Shown here: positions 1 to 8,467 of the stretch, piece after piece
How the letters are laid out: every line of letters begins with the position of its first letter
Numbering within the stretch: position 1 is the first letter of the stretch
Source: an uncultured Gemmatimonadales bacterium
GTDB lineage: Bacteria > Gemmatimonadota > Gemmatimonadetes > Longimicrobiales > Longimicrobiaceae
DNA: 64,000 nt
Assembly: GCA_963716255.1 (NCBI GenBank)
Contig: OY970303.1
Coordinates: forward strand, 5,728,001-5,792,000
Reading direction: 5' to 3'
Translations under genes and position numbers: made by a program
Notes under the pieces: generated by a model
The model's database searches: none
The model's input: only the letters and a program-made list of their open reading frames with translations
Told to the model about the DNA's origin: nothing

Positions 1-706
1 TCTCCAGCCCGTACTTCCCCGCGGGGAGGAGCACCCGGTGCGCCTCGTAGCCCGCGGACGCGCCGACGTCCAGGCTGAGGGTGTCGCTGGCGGCGCCCGC
101 CACGTCGCGCTCCTCCACCAGGAAGCGGGCCGCTTCCACCCCCCAGCCGGGGGAGTGCAGCGTCCCCGCCGCGTCGGCGTTCAGGAACCGCCCCGGCTCC
201 GCGAGCCGCGCCTCCCACCCCGAGTGCATCGCCACCACCGCGCCCCGCGGGATGCGCCCGTGGCGGCGCTCCCATGCCAGCAGGTCGTCCACGGCCACCG
301 CGGCGTCGTGGTCGCGCGCGGCCCGCTCCGCCAGCGACACCACCACCAGCGGGGCCACCAGGCTCGCGGCCGGGAGCGCGTCCGCGGTGGCGCCGCCCGC
401 CGCGAAGTGCGCGGGGGCGTCCAGGTGCGTCCCCGCGTGCTCCACGAAGCGCAGCTCGGCGCAGGCGTAGCCGTTCTCCTCCACCGTCGCCAGGGAGCGG
501 GCGCGGAACGGCGGATACCCCGGGAACACGGGGAAGTCGGGGGTGAGGGTGTGCGTCAGGTCGCGGATGCGCCGCAGCCGCGCCAGCGCTTCCGGGGGGA
601 CGGCGAGCGCCGGCGCGTCGTCCCACGGCGCGCCGCCGCCGGTGGGCGCGGAGCCGGCGTCGGGAGCGTCGGCCGCCACGGACCGGACCACCTCCGGAGA
701 GCACAT
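1..706 (-). CDS. Cyclase/kynurenine formamidase-family metal hydrolase (3' end runs off window)
   Basis: Manual translation of the minus strand from the ATG at 706 gives DLTHTL...EHAGTHLDAPAHF...SDTLSLD...GKYGLE, the cyclase HxGTHxDxPxHF motif. Not in the ORF track because it is open at the edge. Confidence 0.85.
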   Translation of the reverse strand, partial: MCSPEVVRSVAADAPDAGSAPTGGGAPWDDAPALAVPPEALARLRRIRDLTHTLTPDFPVFPGYPPFRARSLATVEENGYACAELRFVEHAGTHLDAPAHFAAGGATADALPAASLVAPLVVVSLAERAARDHDAAVAVDDLLAWERRHGRIPRGAVVAMHSGWEARLAEPGRFLNADAAGTLHSPGWGVEAARFLVEERDVAGAASDTLSLDVGASAGYEAHRVLLPAGKYGLE

Positions 707-820
707 GCGATCTTCCTGTCTTCGGCGCGCGGGGACGGGCCGCGCCCCGGGCGGGGCGGGGCGCGGAAGCGGACGATCCCAAACGTCGCGGGACGGGGGC
801 CGCGCGACAAGCGGGGAGGG

Positions 821-978
821 TCAGCGGAGGACGGCGGCGAGCGCCGGGTCGGCCAGCCAGGGCAGGAGCCGTGCGGCGAGCGCGGCGACGGCCGCCGCGG
901 GAAGCAGGTTCCCCACCACCCCAGCACCATTGCGCCCAGCGCCGTGCAGATGCAGCCGACCAGGGCTCGAGCGTCCAT
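821..978 (-). pseudogene. Possible small membrane protein with a one-base frameshift (or sequencing error)
   Basis: MDARALVGCICTALGAMVLG continues as hydrophobic VVGNLLPAAAVAALAARLLPWLADPALAAVLR* only if one G is added in the G run near 920. Confidence 0.3.
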
Positions 979-1015
979 GGGGTGGGGAAGGGGGCGGCCG
1001 GACCGGGTGGAGGGT

Positions 1016-1459
1016 TCAGGCGACGGCGTTCTGCACCGGCTCGCCGCACGCCAGGAGGATGGCCTGCACGTCCGTGTAGGCACGATCGGAGCCCACGCGG
1101 GCGACGCGCGCGCCCTTGTTCTCGCCGCGCTGCTCCACCTCGTAGCCGCCGGGGACCACGCGCAGGAGCGTCCGCCCGTCCTCGCGCGGGTAGACCGTGA
1201 GGGTGAGCTGGTCGAAGCTCTCGATCCCCCCCAGCATGGCGTCGCCGAAGCTGGTGCGGTCGCGGTCGGCGCGGATGAAGCCGGCCTCCCGGTCGGCGTC
1301 GGCGACCACGTACCCCAGCTCGTTGACCTGCCGCATGGCGCAGGCGAACGCTTCGCCGGCCGATCCGGGCGCGACGGCGCGGCTGGGCGGCGAAGGCGTG
1401 GTGGGGAGGGGGGCGCAGGCGGCGGCGAGGAGCAGGACTGCGGCGGCGGTGGTGCGCAT
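1016..1459 (-). CDS. Hypothetical lipoprotein
   Basis: MRTTAAAVLLLAAAC lipobox followed by a globular, normal-composition sequence. Confidence 0.75.
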   Translation of the reverse strand: MRTTAAAVLLLAAACAPLPTTPSPPSRAVAPGSAGEAFACAMRQVNELGYVVADADREAGFIRADRDRTSFGDAMLGGIESFDQLTLTVYPREDGRTLLRVVPGGYEVEQRGENKGARVARVGSDRAYTDVQAILLACGEPVQNAVA

Positions 1460-1637
1460 GGGCGTTCGCGTCGGTCGGGTGGATGGCCGGTGGTGGGTCC
1501 CGACGCGCGGAGGCAACGCCCGCGCCATTCCGGGCCGCGCGCGCAAGCGCTTGCGGCACAAACGCGTCGCCCCGCGCGCCCCGCCCCGCCCGCCGCCGCA
1601 CCGTCCGTCACGGTGGACAGCCGCCGTCCACCGCAGG

Positions 1638-1705
1638 CCCTCACCCCCCGGCCCCCTCTCCCACAAAGGGGGGAGGGTGGCGAGCCTGAGCGAGCCGGGT
1701 GGGGG
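1638..1705 (+). repeat. Family-2 palindromic repeat (CCCCCTCTCCC-ACAAA-GGGGGGAGGG ... GCGAGCCGGGTGGGGG)
   Basis: Matches copies at ~4600-4680, 13657-13690, 18961-19030, 57497-57650 and 62250-62310. Confidence 0.75.
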
Positions 1706-1712
1706 CCGCCGT

Positions 1713-1852
1713 CGCGTGAGGGATTACGGCCCGAAGGGGCGAGACCCGGCGGGGCTGTTTCCGCCGGGGCTCGACTCCGTTAGCGAGCGTTGTTTGCTCG
1801 CTTACGGAGCCGAAGCCCGACCCCGGCGCCAGCCGGGGGCACGCCCGAACCC
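1713..1852 (+). repeat. Family-1 structured ~140-nt interspersed element, copy A
   Basis: CGCGTGAGGGAT...GGCCCGAAGGGGCGAGAC...GGCTCGACTCCGTT...TACGGAGCCGAAGCCCGACCCCGGCGCCAGCCGGGGGCACGCCCGAACCC. Confidence 0.95.
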
Positions 1853-1858
1853 GGCAGT

Positions 1859-2221
1859 TCACGCCCTTGAATCACCCGGAGCAAGCGGCTCGAGCACCAC
1901 CGCCGTGCCGTAGCAGAGCACCTCCGTGGCCCCGCCGATCTCCGACGCGTCGTAGCCGATCCCCACCACCGCGTGGGCGCCGAGCTCGCGCGCGTGCTCC
2001 ATGAGCTGCTGGGTGGCCTGCTGCCGAGTCTGCTCGCACATCTCCGTGTACTCGTGGATCTGCCCGCCCACGAGGGTCTTGAGCCCGCCCATGAACCCCT
2101 GCGCGATGGTGGGCGAGCGCACCACCACGCCCCGGACGATCCCCAGGTACTCGCGGATGCGGTATCCCTCCACGGCGAAGGTGGTGGTGGTGATGAGGCG
2201 CTGCGGCGCGAGGCTGTCCAT
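1859..2221 (-). CDS. ybjQ: YbjQ/UPF0145 heavy-metal-binding family protein
   Basis: ITTTTFAVEGYRIREYLGIVRG...GAHAVVGIGYD...EVLCYGTAV is typical of UPF0145. Confidence 0.9.
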   Translation of the reverse strand: MDSLAPQRLITTTTFAVEGYRIREYLGIVRGVVVRSPTIAQGFMGGLKTLVGGQIHEYTEMCEQTRQQATQQLMEHARELGAHAVVGIGYDASEIGGATEVLCYGTAVVLEPLAPGDSRA

Positions 2222-2366
2222 GGGCGGCCGGGGGCTCGGGGTGGCGGAGGAGGGTGGCGCACCCGGACAGCGTCGCGCCGGGCGGGCGGCCGCGCAAGGG
2301 CAGGGTAATTGCGTTCGCCGTGGACACGCGGGAAAACCACGACGAACTCGAGACCGGAGACGGAAC

Positions 2367-2873
2367 ATGCCGCAGATGACGGACCCCAAGGACCTGCTCA
2401 AGCACGAGCTCGGAGACCTTCTGTACGCCGAGCGCCGCTTCCTGACGGCCACCAAGACCATGGCGCGCGAGACCAGTGACCCGACGGTCAAGAAGCGCAT
2501 CGAGCAGCACGTGCGGGAAACGGAGGTGCACATCGAGCGGCTGGGGCGCGCCTTCGAGTCCATCGGCGAGAAGGCAAAGGCCGAGAAGTGCGAGGCGGCG
2601 ATCGGGCTGCGCGAGGAGCACGACTCCTTCAAGTCGGACGAGAAGCCGTCCAAGACGCTGCTGGAGGCCTTCGACCTGGGCTCCGGGCTGCGCGTGGAGC
2701 ACTACGAGATCGCGGCCTACCGCACCGCCATCGCCGTGGCCGGCGCCCTGGGGCACGAGGAGTGCGCGCGCATCCTGGAGGAGAGCCTGGCCGAGGAGCT
2801 GGAGATGGCGCGCTTCCTGGAGGAGAGCGCACCCGCGGCGCTGCAGCGCCTCTTCGCCTCCGTGGAAGCGTAG
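2367..2873 (+). CDS. YciE/YciF (DUF892) ferritin-like stress protein
   Basis: DLLKHELGDLLYAE...H..ET..HIERL...RVEHYEIAAY...L.EE motifs; GGAGA upstream. Confidence 0.9.
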   Translation: MPQMTDPKDLLKHELGDLLYAERRFLTATKTMARETSDPTVKKRIEQHVRETEVHIERLGRAFESIGEKAKAEKCEAAIGLREEHDSFKSDEKPSKTLLEAFDLGSGLRVEHYEIAAYRTAIAVAGALGHEECARILEESLAEELEMARFLEESAPAALQRLFASVEA

Positions 2874-2914
2874 GCGCTCCGTCCCCGGCGTGAACCGCAA
2901 CCCAGGAGGCTGAC

Positions 2915-3379
2915 ATGGCGAGCTACGGACGCGACCACGGCGGACCGCGCGGCTGGTTCGACCGCTGGTTCGGCGGCGGCGGCGGCGGGCGCGGCGGCTA
3001 CGACCGGGGGTACCGGTCCGGCGGCCGCGGCTACGACCGCCCCTTCGGCAGGGGATACGACCGCGCCGACTACCGCTCGATCCCTCCGTGGGGCCGGGCC
3101 GGCCGCGAAGGCGGCTACGGCGGCGCCCAGGGCGGCGGCGGCTACTTCAACCCCGGCTACATGGTGGACGAGGCCTGGGGCGGCGCGTTCGCCCGCGGCG
3201 ACGCCCAGTACCAGGGCCGCCGCATGTATGGCGACGACTACCGCACCGGGCGTCCCGGGTACTCCGGCGGCTACGACCGCCCGTACCGCGCTGAAGGCGG
3301 CGGCGGCGGCTACGGCTCCCCCGGCGGCTGGCGCGCCTTCGGGCGCGGCTACGATCGCGGGTACGACCGCGGCCGCTAG
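2915..3379 (+). CDS. Gly/Tyr/Arg/Asp-rich low-complexity protein (GYDR repeats)
   Basis: Strong AGGAGG RBS, repeated GYDR/RGYD units, and a hairpin downstream. Confidence 0.7.
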   Translation: MASYGRDHGGPRGWFDRWFGGGGGGRGGYDRGYRSGGRGYDRPFGRGYDRADYRSIPPWGRAGREGGYGGAQGGGGYFNPGYMVDEAWGGAFARGDAQYQGRRMYGDDYRTGRPGYSGGYDRPYRAEGGGGGYGSPGGWRAFGRGYDRGYDRGR

Positions 3380-3397
3380 GCGCCGCACGACACGGCA

Positions 3398-3440
3398 CGC
3401 CGAGGGGCGTCCTCCCGCACCGGGAGGGCGCCCCTCGGCG
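3398..3440. terminator. GC-rich hairpin between convergent genes
   Basis: CGCCGAGGGGCGTCCTCCC/GGGAGGGCGCCCCTCGGCG inverted repeat. Confidence 0.55.
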
Positions 3441-3442
3441 CG

Positions 3443-3784
3443 TCAGGCCGCGCCGCCCGCCGGCACGCCCGCGCTGGAGCGGCGCCGGGCCCACGCGCGG
3501 CGCAGCAGCACCGCCGCCGCCACCCAGGCGGCGCTGTTCAGCGCGCCCAGGCCGTAGAACGCGACCGTGTCGAACAGGTTGACGCCGCCCAGGTACGCCA
3601 CGGTCAACACGGGAAAGGTCAGCACCCACGCAACCGCGTTCGCCGCCCACCCCAGCGGGGCGAGCACGGCCGAGCCGGAGGAGCTGAGGCCGTGAAGCGC
3701 CAGCCCGATGCTCAACCCGACGGACAGCACCGTCGCGAGCAGGTGGGAGAGCGCGAGCAGGGCGAGGAGGGCGAGCCTGCGCAT
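3443..3784 (-). CDS. Small integral membrane protein (about 3 TM)
   Basis: Hydrophobic ORF MRRLALLALL... with GGAGG upstream. Confidence 0.65.
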   Translation of the reverse strand: MRRLALLALLALSHLLATVLSVGLSIGLALHGLSSSGSAVLAPLGWAANAVAWVLTFPVLTVAYLGGVNLFDTVAFYGLGALNSAAWVAAAVLLRRAWARRRSSAGVPAGGAA

Positions 3785-4012
3785 GGAGCCTCCGGGGTGC
3801 GGGTGCGGGGAGTCGCCGCGGGAGGGCGGCGCCGCACCGGAGGGCAAGCGGGGCGCCAGCCGGAGCGCTCGGGTGGCGGTCCGGCAAGGCGTTGCCGTGA
3901 AAGGTTTTGCGTGAAGATGGAGCGGGCGCGGGGAAACGCCGGAGCGGACACCGGCGCGTTCACTGAACGGCGTCCGGACGTTCAGTGGACCCCGGCGGGC
4001 CCGGCCCGCGGG

Positions 4013-4297
4013 TCAGGCGGGGCGGCGGAGGATGCGCGCCTTGGTGCCGTAGAGCATCCCCTGGGCGCTGAGGAACTCGCCCACGTCGGGCCAGTGGGCC
4101 AGCTCGCCGTCGTCCAGGATGACCACGTTGTGGCGCTGCTCGCGCGTGGCGCCGGAAAGGAGCGTGGACCAGGCCAGCGGGAGGCTCAGCTTGCGGCCGT
4201 CCTGGAGCTTGCAGATGATCTCGTCGCCGGTCACCCCGATGCTGCGGATGCGCGGGTCGGGGGGGATGTGCGGATTGATCCAGGTGTTCGGATCCAT
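4013..4297 (-). CDS. DUF2442 domain protein (putative antitoxin-like)
   Basis: L.DGRKLSLPLAW...L..AT.EQR......G...HWPDV.E.LS..G pattern. Confidence 0.8.
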   Translation of the reverse strand: MDPNTWINPHIPPDPRIRSIGVTGDEIICKLQDGRKLSLPLAWSTLLSGATREQRHNVVILDDGELAHWPDVGEFLSAQGMLYGTKARILRRPA

Positions 4298-4353
4298 GGG
4301 TGGAGCGATCGCGGTGTGTGAAGGGCGGTGTCGGGAGGGTGGGATAACGATGG

Positions 4354-4472
4354 GCGGTCGGCGGTCGCTTGGCAAGACGGGCGGCTTTCGCCGGCGGGTT
4401 CGGGCGTGCCCGGGGCGGTCTGCGGTCGCTTGGCAAGACGAGCGGCTTTCGACGGCGGGTTCGGGCGTGCCC
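4354..4472. repeat. Tandem direct repeat, 2 units with 61-bp period, containing the 3' end of the family-1 element
   Basis: GCGGTCGCTTGGCAAGACG(G/A)GCGGCTTTCG(C/A)CGGCGGGTTCGGGCGTGCCC occurs twice. Confidence 0.85.
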
Positions 4473-4592
4473 CCGGCTGGCGCCGGGGTCGGGCTTCGGC
4501 TCCGTAGGGCTGCAAACAACGCAGCCCAACGGAGTCGAGCCCGCGCAAACAGCCGCGCGGTCTCGCCCCTTCGGGCCGAAATCCCTCACGCG
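4457..4592 (-). repeat. Family-1 element, copy B
   Basis: Reverse complement of the consensus; nearly identical to copy G. Confidence 0.95.
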
Positions 4593-4695
4593 GGTCTCGC
4601 GCTGGCGTCCGCGGGGGTCCCCCACCCCGGCGCTGCGCGCCACCCCTCCCCCTTGCGGGGAGGGGCTGGGGGAGGGGGGCGCTGTCGCCGTGCGC

Positions 4696-5613
4696 TCAGC
4701 TTCCCGGGGCGGGGCCGGCGAGCGAGAGGATGGCGCGCTCCACCGCGGCCCAGGCGGGCGCGAAGGGCGCCACCACGTCGAAGTGGCCGGCGCCCTCCAC
4801 CAGGACCACGCGGGCATCGTCGCCGGCAGCGCGGGCGGCGGCCTCGAAGCCCGTCGCCTGCGCGGCGGGGACGGTGGAGTCGAGCGACCCCTGCACCAGG
4901 CGCACGGGGACGCCCAGCGGGAGGAGCTCCGGCGGGCTGGCCTGGGCGTAGCGGTCGGGCACCTGGGCGGGCGTGCCGCCCAGCAGCTGGGGGACGGCGG
5001 CGTTGCAGCTGCCGCTGCCGGCGGCGTACGCGCGAAGGTCCGCGATCGCCGCGAGCGCCACCACGCCGCGCACGGGGAGCGGGTCGGCGGAGCGGAGCGG
5101 GCTCGCCGCGGGGAGGTTGCGGCGCGCGGCGAGCCAGAGCGCCAGGTGCCCCCCCGCCGAGTGCCCGGCCAGCACCACGCGCCCCAGGTCCAGCGGACGG
5201 GTGCGGGCGAGCTCGCGCAGGTGGTCGGTGGCGGCGGCGGCGTCCAGGAAGGTGCCCGTCCACCCGCCGCCCGCGTCGCCGATGCGGCGGTACTCCGGCG
5301 TCCAGGTGGCGAGCCCCGCGCGCCGCAGCGCCTCCGCCGCGCCGGCCATGTATCCCAGGTCGTACTCGTTCTGCCAGCACCCGCCGTGCAGCAGGACGAC
5401 CACGGGGTGCGGCCCGGCGCCGTCCGGCAGGCGCAGCTCCCCGAACTGCTGCGGCCCGCTCCCGTACGCGATCCGCTCGCCCGGCGGCGGCGCGGCCTGG
5501 CCGGCGACCTCGTCCCAGGTGACGGGCTCGCGGGCGGGCGCCGGAGCGTGCGCGCAGGAAGCGGTCATGATCGCGGCGGCGAGGAGGGCGGGGAAAGGGA
5601 CCGGACGGTGCAT
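4696..5613 (-). CDS. Alpha/beta hydrolase (esterase/lipase), probable lipoprotein
   Basis: HGGCW oxyanion motif, GHSAGG nucleophile elbow, GAGHF His motif, N-terminal TASC. Confidence 0.9.
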   Translation of the reverse strand: MHRPVPFPALLAAAIMTASCAHAPAPAREPVTWDEVAGQAAPPPGERIAYGSGPQQFGELRLPDGAGPHPVVVLLHGGCWQNEYDLGYMAGAAEALRRAGLATWTPEYRRIGDAGGGWTGTFLDAAAATDHLRELARTRPLDLGRVVLAGHSAGGHLALWLAARRNLPAASPLRSADPLPVRGVVALAAIADLRAYAAGSGSCNAAVPQLLGGTPAQVPDRYAQASPPELLPLGVPVRLVQGSLDSTVPAAQATGFEAAARAAGDDARVVLVEGAGHFDVVAPFAPAWAAVERAILSLAGPAPGS

Positions 5614-5656
5614 GGGCGAACGCGGCGCGGGTGGCGGGAGCGGCACGCGGCCGTCC

Positions 5657-6082
5657 TCAGCCAAGGAAGCGGGCGCGCAGCTCCGGGGTGGGCATCATGC
5701 ACGCGTCCTGCTTCCCGAACCAGCGGTAGCGGTTGCGGGCGACCCACTCGTACACCAGGTCGCGCAGCGGCCGCGGCACCGCGCGCAGCGCGCCCGCCGC
5801 CTTCCACGCACCCGGCAGGCCGCGGGCGATTCGCAGCGCCGCGTCGCTGCGGCTGAAGGCGCGCCCGTCCTCCACCAGGACCACGCTGGACAGCTCCTCC
5901 GTGTCCATGCCGTGGCGGCGGAGCAGCGCCTGCCCCGCCTCCGACTGGAGCGAGGCGAAGCGGAAGCGTCCCGCAGGGTCGTGGCGGACGATGAACTGCA
6001 CGGAGCCGTTGCACAGGTTGCACACGCCGTCGAAGAGCACGACCGCGCCTCCGGCGTCGGGAATCTCGGTATCGGCCGTCAT
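5657..6082 (-). CDS. DCC1-like thiol-disulfide oxidoreductase (DUF393)
   Basis: VLFDGVCNLCNG and YxxVARNRYRWFG motifs. Confidence 0.92.
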   Translation of the reverse strand: MTADTEIPDAGGAVVLFDGVCNLCNGSVQFIVRHDPAGRFRFASLQSEAGQALLRRHGMDTEELSSVVLVEDGRAFSRSDAALRIARGLPGAWKAAGALRAVPRPLRDLVYEWVARNRYRWFGKQDACMMPTPELRARFLG

Positions 6083-6201
6083 GGGGTTCCGGGTCACGGG
6101 CTGGCTGCTGAAGGTTCGCGGACGCGATCGATACACCGTGCGCGCGAAAGCGATCACTCCGCCGGAGCGGGGAGGGCCCCGCGGCCGGGCGGGGGCCCTT
6201 A

Positions 6202-6240
6202 CCGCGGACGCCGGCGCCAGCCGGGGGCACGCCCGAACCC
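6202..6240 (+). repeat. Internally deleted family-1 element (leader fused to the 3' end)
   Basis: CCGCGGACG joined directly to CCGGCGCCAGCCGGGGGCACGCCCGAACCC. Confidence 0.8.
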
Positions 6241-6262
6241 GCCGTTCAAATCGCACGGAGAG

Positions 6263-6808
6263 TCACCCGCGCGGCTCGCGGGACAGCTCGAACCGCAGGC
6301 TCCCCGGCTCCGCGCCGTCGCCCGCCGCGCGGAACCCCACCCTTTCCAGCACCGCGGCCGAGGCCGCGTTTCCCGCGTCCGTGTGGGCCACGACACGCGA
6401 CACCGCCGGGTGGGCCAGCGCCCGGTCCACCAGGAAGCGGGCGAGCTCGACCGCGTAGCCGCGGCCCCGCGCCTCGGGGAGGAGCGAGTAGCCGATCTCC
6501 ACCTCGCCCTCGGGCGACGGCGGGCCCAGGTAGCCGCCGGCGCCCACCAGCACGGCGGGCTCGCCGCCATCCGCGCGGCGCACTGCGTACCAGCCCAGCC
6601 ACCCCACGACCGCGGCGCCGCCCCCCGCCAGGCGCTCGCGGAAGTATTCCTGCGCGGAGCGGTCGTACTCGCCCGGGGGCCAGCCGGCGGGGACCCGGGC
6701 GCCCAGGAGCGCGGCGAGGCGGTCCGCTCCCTCCAGCTCTGCCTCCACGTGGGCGAGCGTGGCCGCCACCAGGTCCAGCCGCGCGGTGGGGATTCGCACT
6801 CCGGTCAT
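6263..6808 (-). CDS. GNAT N-acetyltransferase (RimJ/RimL-like)
   Basis: EVEIGYSLLPEARGRGYA and NAASAAVLERVGF motifs. Confidence 0.9.
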   Translation of the reverse strand: MTGVRIPTARLDLVAATLAHVEAELEGADRLAALLGARVPAGWPPGEYDRSAQEYFRERLAGGGAAVVGWLGWYAVRRADGGEPAVLVGAGGYLGPPSPEGEVEIGYSLLPEARGRGYAVELARFLVDRALAHPAVSRVVAHTDAGNAASAAVLERVGFRAAGDGAEPGSLRFELSREPRG

Positions 6809-6851
6809 CGGGCCCGTTCCGGGAAGAGGTGGTGGGGCTCGCGCGGCCGCT

Positions 6852-7409
6852 CTACGGGACCGCCGGGGCGTACGGCAGCCCGGAGTCGCGGGTGCGGGCG
6901 TACAGGACCCGGTCCACGAGGACGCCGTCCTTGAGGGTGCCGCGCACCATCACGCCCTCGCGCAGGTAGCCGGCCTTTTCCAGCACCCGCATGGAGGCCG
7001 GGTTCCAGGCGAAGACGGCGGCGAACACCCGGACCAGCTCCGGCTCCGCCAGCGCGGCCTCCGTCGCGCCGCGGACCGCCGCCGTCGCGATGCCGCGGCC
7101 CCAGTACGGCTCGCCGAGCCAGTAGCCGATCTCCGCCCCGCAGCGCTCGTCGTCGCGGCCGCGGTGCAGCGACACGGTGCCCGCCGCGCGCCCGTCCACC
7201 TCCAACGCCCAGGTGCCCGCGGGGACCGGGTCGTCGGCGGCGTGGGCCAGCCACTCGTCGGCATCCGCCTCGGTGTACGGGTGCGGGAAGCGGTCCCGGA
7301 GGTTGCGCCACACCCTGCGGTCGTCCGCGTGCAGCAGCAGCGCCTCCCGGTCCGAGCGCCGCCACGGACGCAGCAGGCAGGGGCCGCAGTCGATCTCGCG
7401 GGGGAGCAT
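6852..7409 (-). CDS. GNAT N-acetyltransferase (RimJ/RimL-like)
   Basis: AEIGYWLGEPYWGRGIAT and NPASMRVLEKAGY motifs. Confidence 0.92.
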   Translation of the reverse strand: MLPREIDCGPCLLRPWRRSDREALLLHADDRRVWRNLRDRFPHPYTEADADEWLAHAADDPVPAGTWALEVDGRAAGTVSLHRGRDDERCGAEIGYWLGEPYWGRGIATAAVRGATEAALAEPELVRVFAAVFAWNPASMRVLEKAGYLREGVMVRGTLKDGVLVDRVLYARTRDSGLPYAPAVP

Positions 7410-7416
7410 CCTGAGC

Positions 7417-7806
7417 TCAGCGCTCCATCACGACCTGGATGACGTAGGCGTTCTCGTTGCCCTGGATACGCACGCCCGGCGACGCGGGGCTCAGGTAGCG
7501 GATGGCGTGGATCCCGGTGGTGGAAAGCTGCCGCAGCGAGTCCACCCCGCCGTAGCGCGTCTCGTCCAGGTACACCACGATGCTGTTTGCCGCGAGCGGG
7601 TCCCGGAGGGAGGTGACGCCGCGGCCGCGCAGCCAGGTGGGGTGCAGCTTGCGGATCAGCTCGTACGTGTTGGGCGAGGGGTTCGCCTGGATCTCCTGCG
7701 CGGTGATCATGTCGGAGGAGCGCCCCGGGCCGCCCGTGCCCGCGGGGGCGCACGCCGCCGCCAGGGCGGCGAGCAGGAGGACCAGGACGCGCGGGATGGC
7801 TCGCAT
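7417..7806 (-). CDS. Small lipoprotein resembling a stand-alone TonB-receptor plug domain
   Basis: LAAAC lipobox; ITAQEI...YELIRKLHP.WL...VVYLD...L..L....I..IRYL...VIQV plug-like pattern. Confidence 0.65.
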   Translation of the reverse strand: MRAIPRVLVLLLAALAAACAPAGTGGPGRSSDMITAQEIQANPSPNTYELIRKLHPTWLRGRGVTSLRDPLAANSIVVYLDETRYGGVDSLRQLSTTGIHAIRYLSPASPGVRIQGNENAYVIQVVMER

Positions 7807-7858
7807 CGGCTCCGGGGGGGTGGCGGGGAAGGGAGGCTCCTGCCTGGCACGCCTGATT

Positions 7859-8443
7859 CTAGGCCGTGGGGCCGCCGCCGCGAAAGGATCCGTGCGGGCC
7901 GGCCTGCGCACCGGGGAGGAGGTGCTCCCACGCCAGGTCGGTCCGGACCAGCGGATGGTGCGCGGCGAGGCGCGGCAGGGCCCGCGCGAGAAAGGGCGGG
8001 ACCTCCTCCTCCGGCAGCGTGATCCAGAGGAGGAAGTGGCCGCTCCCGGTGCGCAGCGACGCCCCGTCCGCGCCGAACTCCACGACCGCGTCCGGGAGCT
8101 CGTCCCGGTGCAGCGGCATGGCGAGCTGGTCCAGGAGCGTCGCGGAAGGCGCCGCCCGGCCCAGCAGGCGGTCGCGCCAGCCGCGCCGGGGCCGGAGCGC
8201 GGGGCTGCGCAGGCGGGGCTCGCCGAAGGCGCGCAGCTCGTCCACGACGCGCTCCAGCAGGCGTCCGGCGGCCTCGTCCCACGCGTCGTCCGCGTCCCCG
8301 AAATCGGCGAAGCCGGCCGCCCGGAAGCACGCGTCCGGGTTGGCCGGAGCGGGCCACACCGCGAGCAGGGCCGCCGCCGCGGGGACGTGGCCCGCCGCGA
8401 GCGGAGGCGCCACCCTGGACCAGTGGACGCGAAAGGGCTGCAT
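7859..8443 (-). CDS. Hypothetical protein
   Basis: ORF in a co-oriented gene run with protein-like composition. Confidence 0.6.
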   Translation of the reverse strand: MQPFRVHWSRVAPPLAAGHVPAAAALLAVWPAPANPDACFRAAGFADFGDADDAWDEAAGRLLERVVDELRAFGEPRLRSPALRPRRGWRDRLLGRAAPSATLLDQLAMPLHRDELPDAVVEFGADGASLRTGSGHFLLWITLPEEEVPPFLARALPRLAAHHPLVRTDLAWEHLLPGAQAGPHGSFRGGGPTA

Positions 8444-8467
8444 GGCGCTTCCCGGGGACGGGGCAGG

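Noticed and set aside
1713..1852. Family-1 element as CRISPR repeat, tRNA, attC site or hammerhead ribozyme
   Set aside because: Copies are dispersed without spacers or cas genes; no T-loop or CCA; no RYYYAAC/GTTRRRY ends or integrase; no CUGANGA/GAAA core seen.
4354..4472. Mini-CRISPR array
   Set aside because: Only two near-identical contiguous units with no unique spacer.
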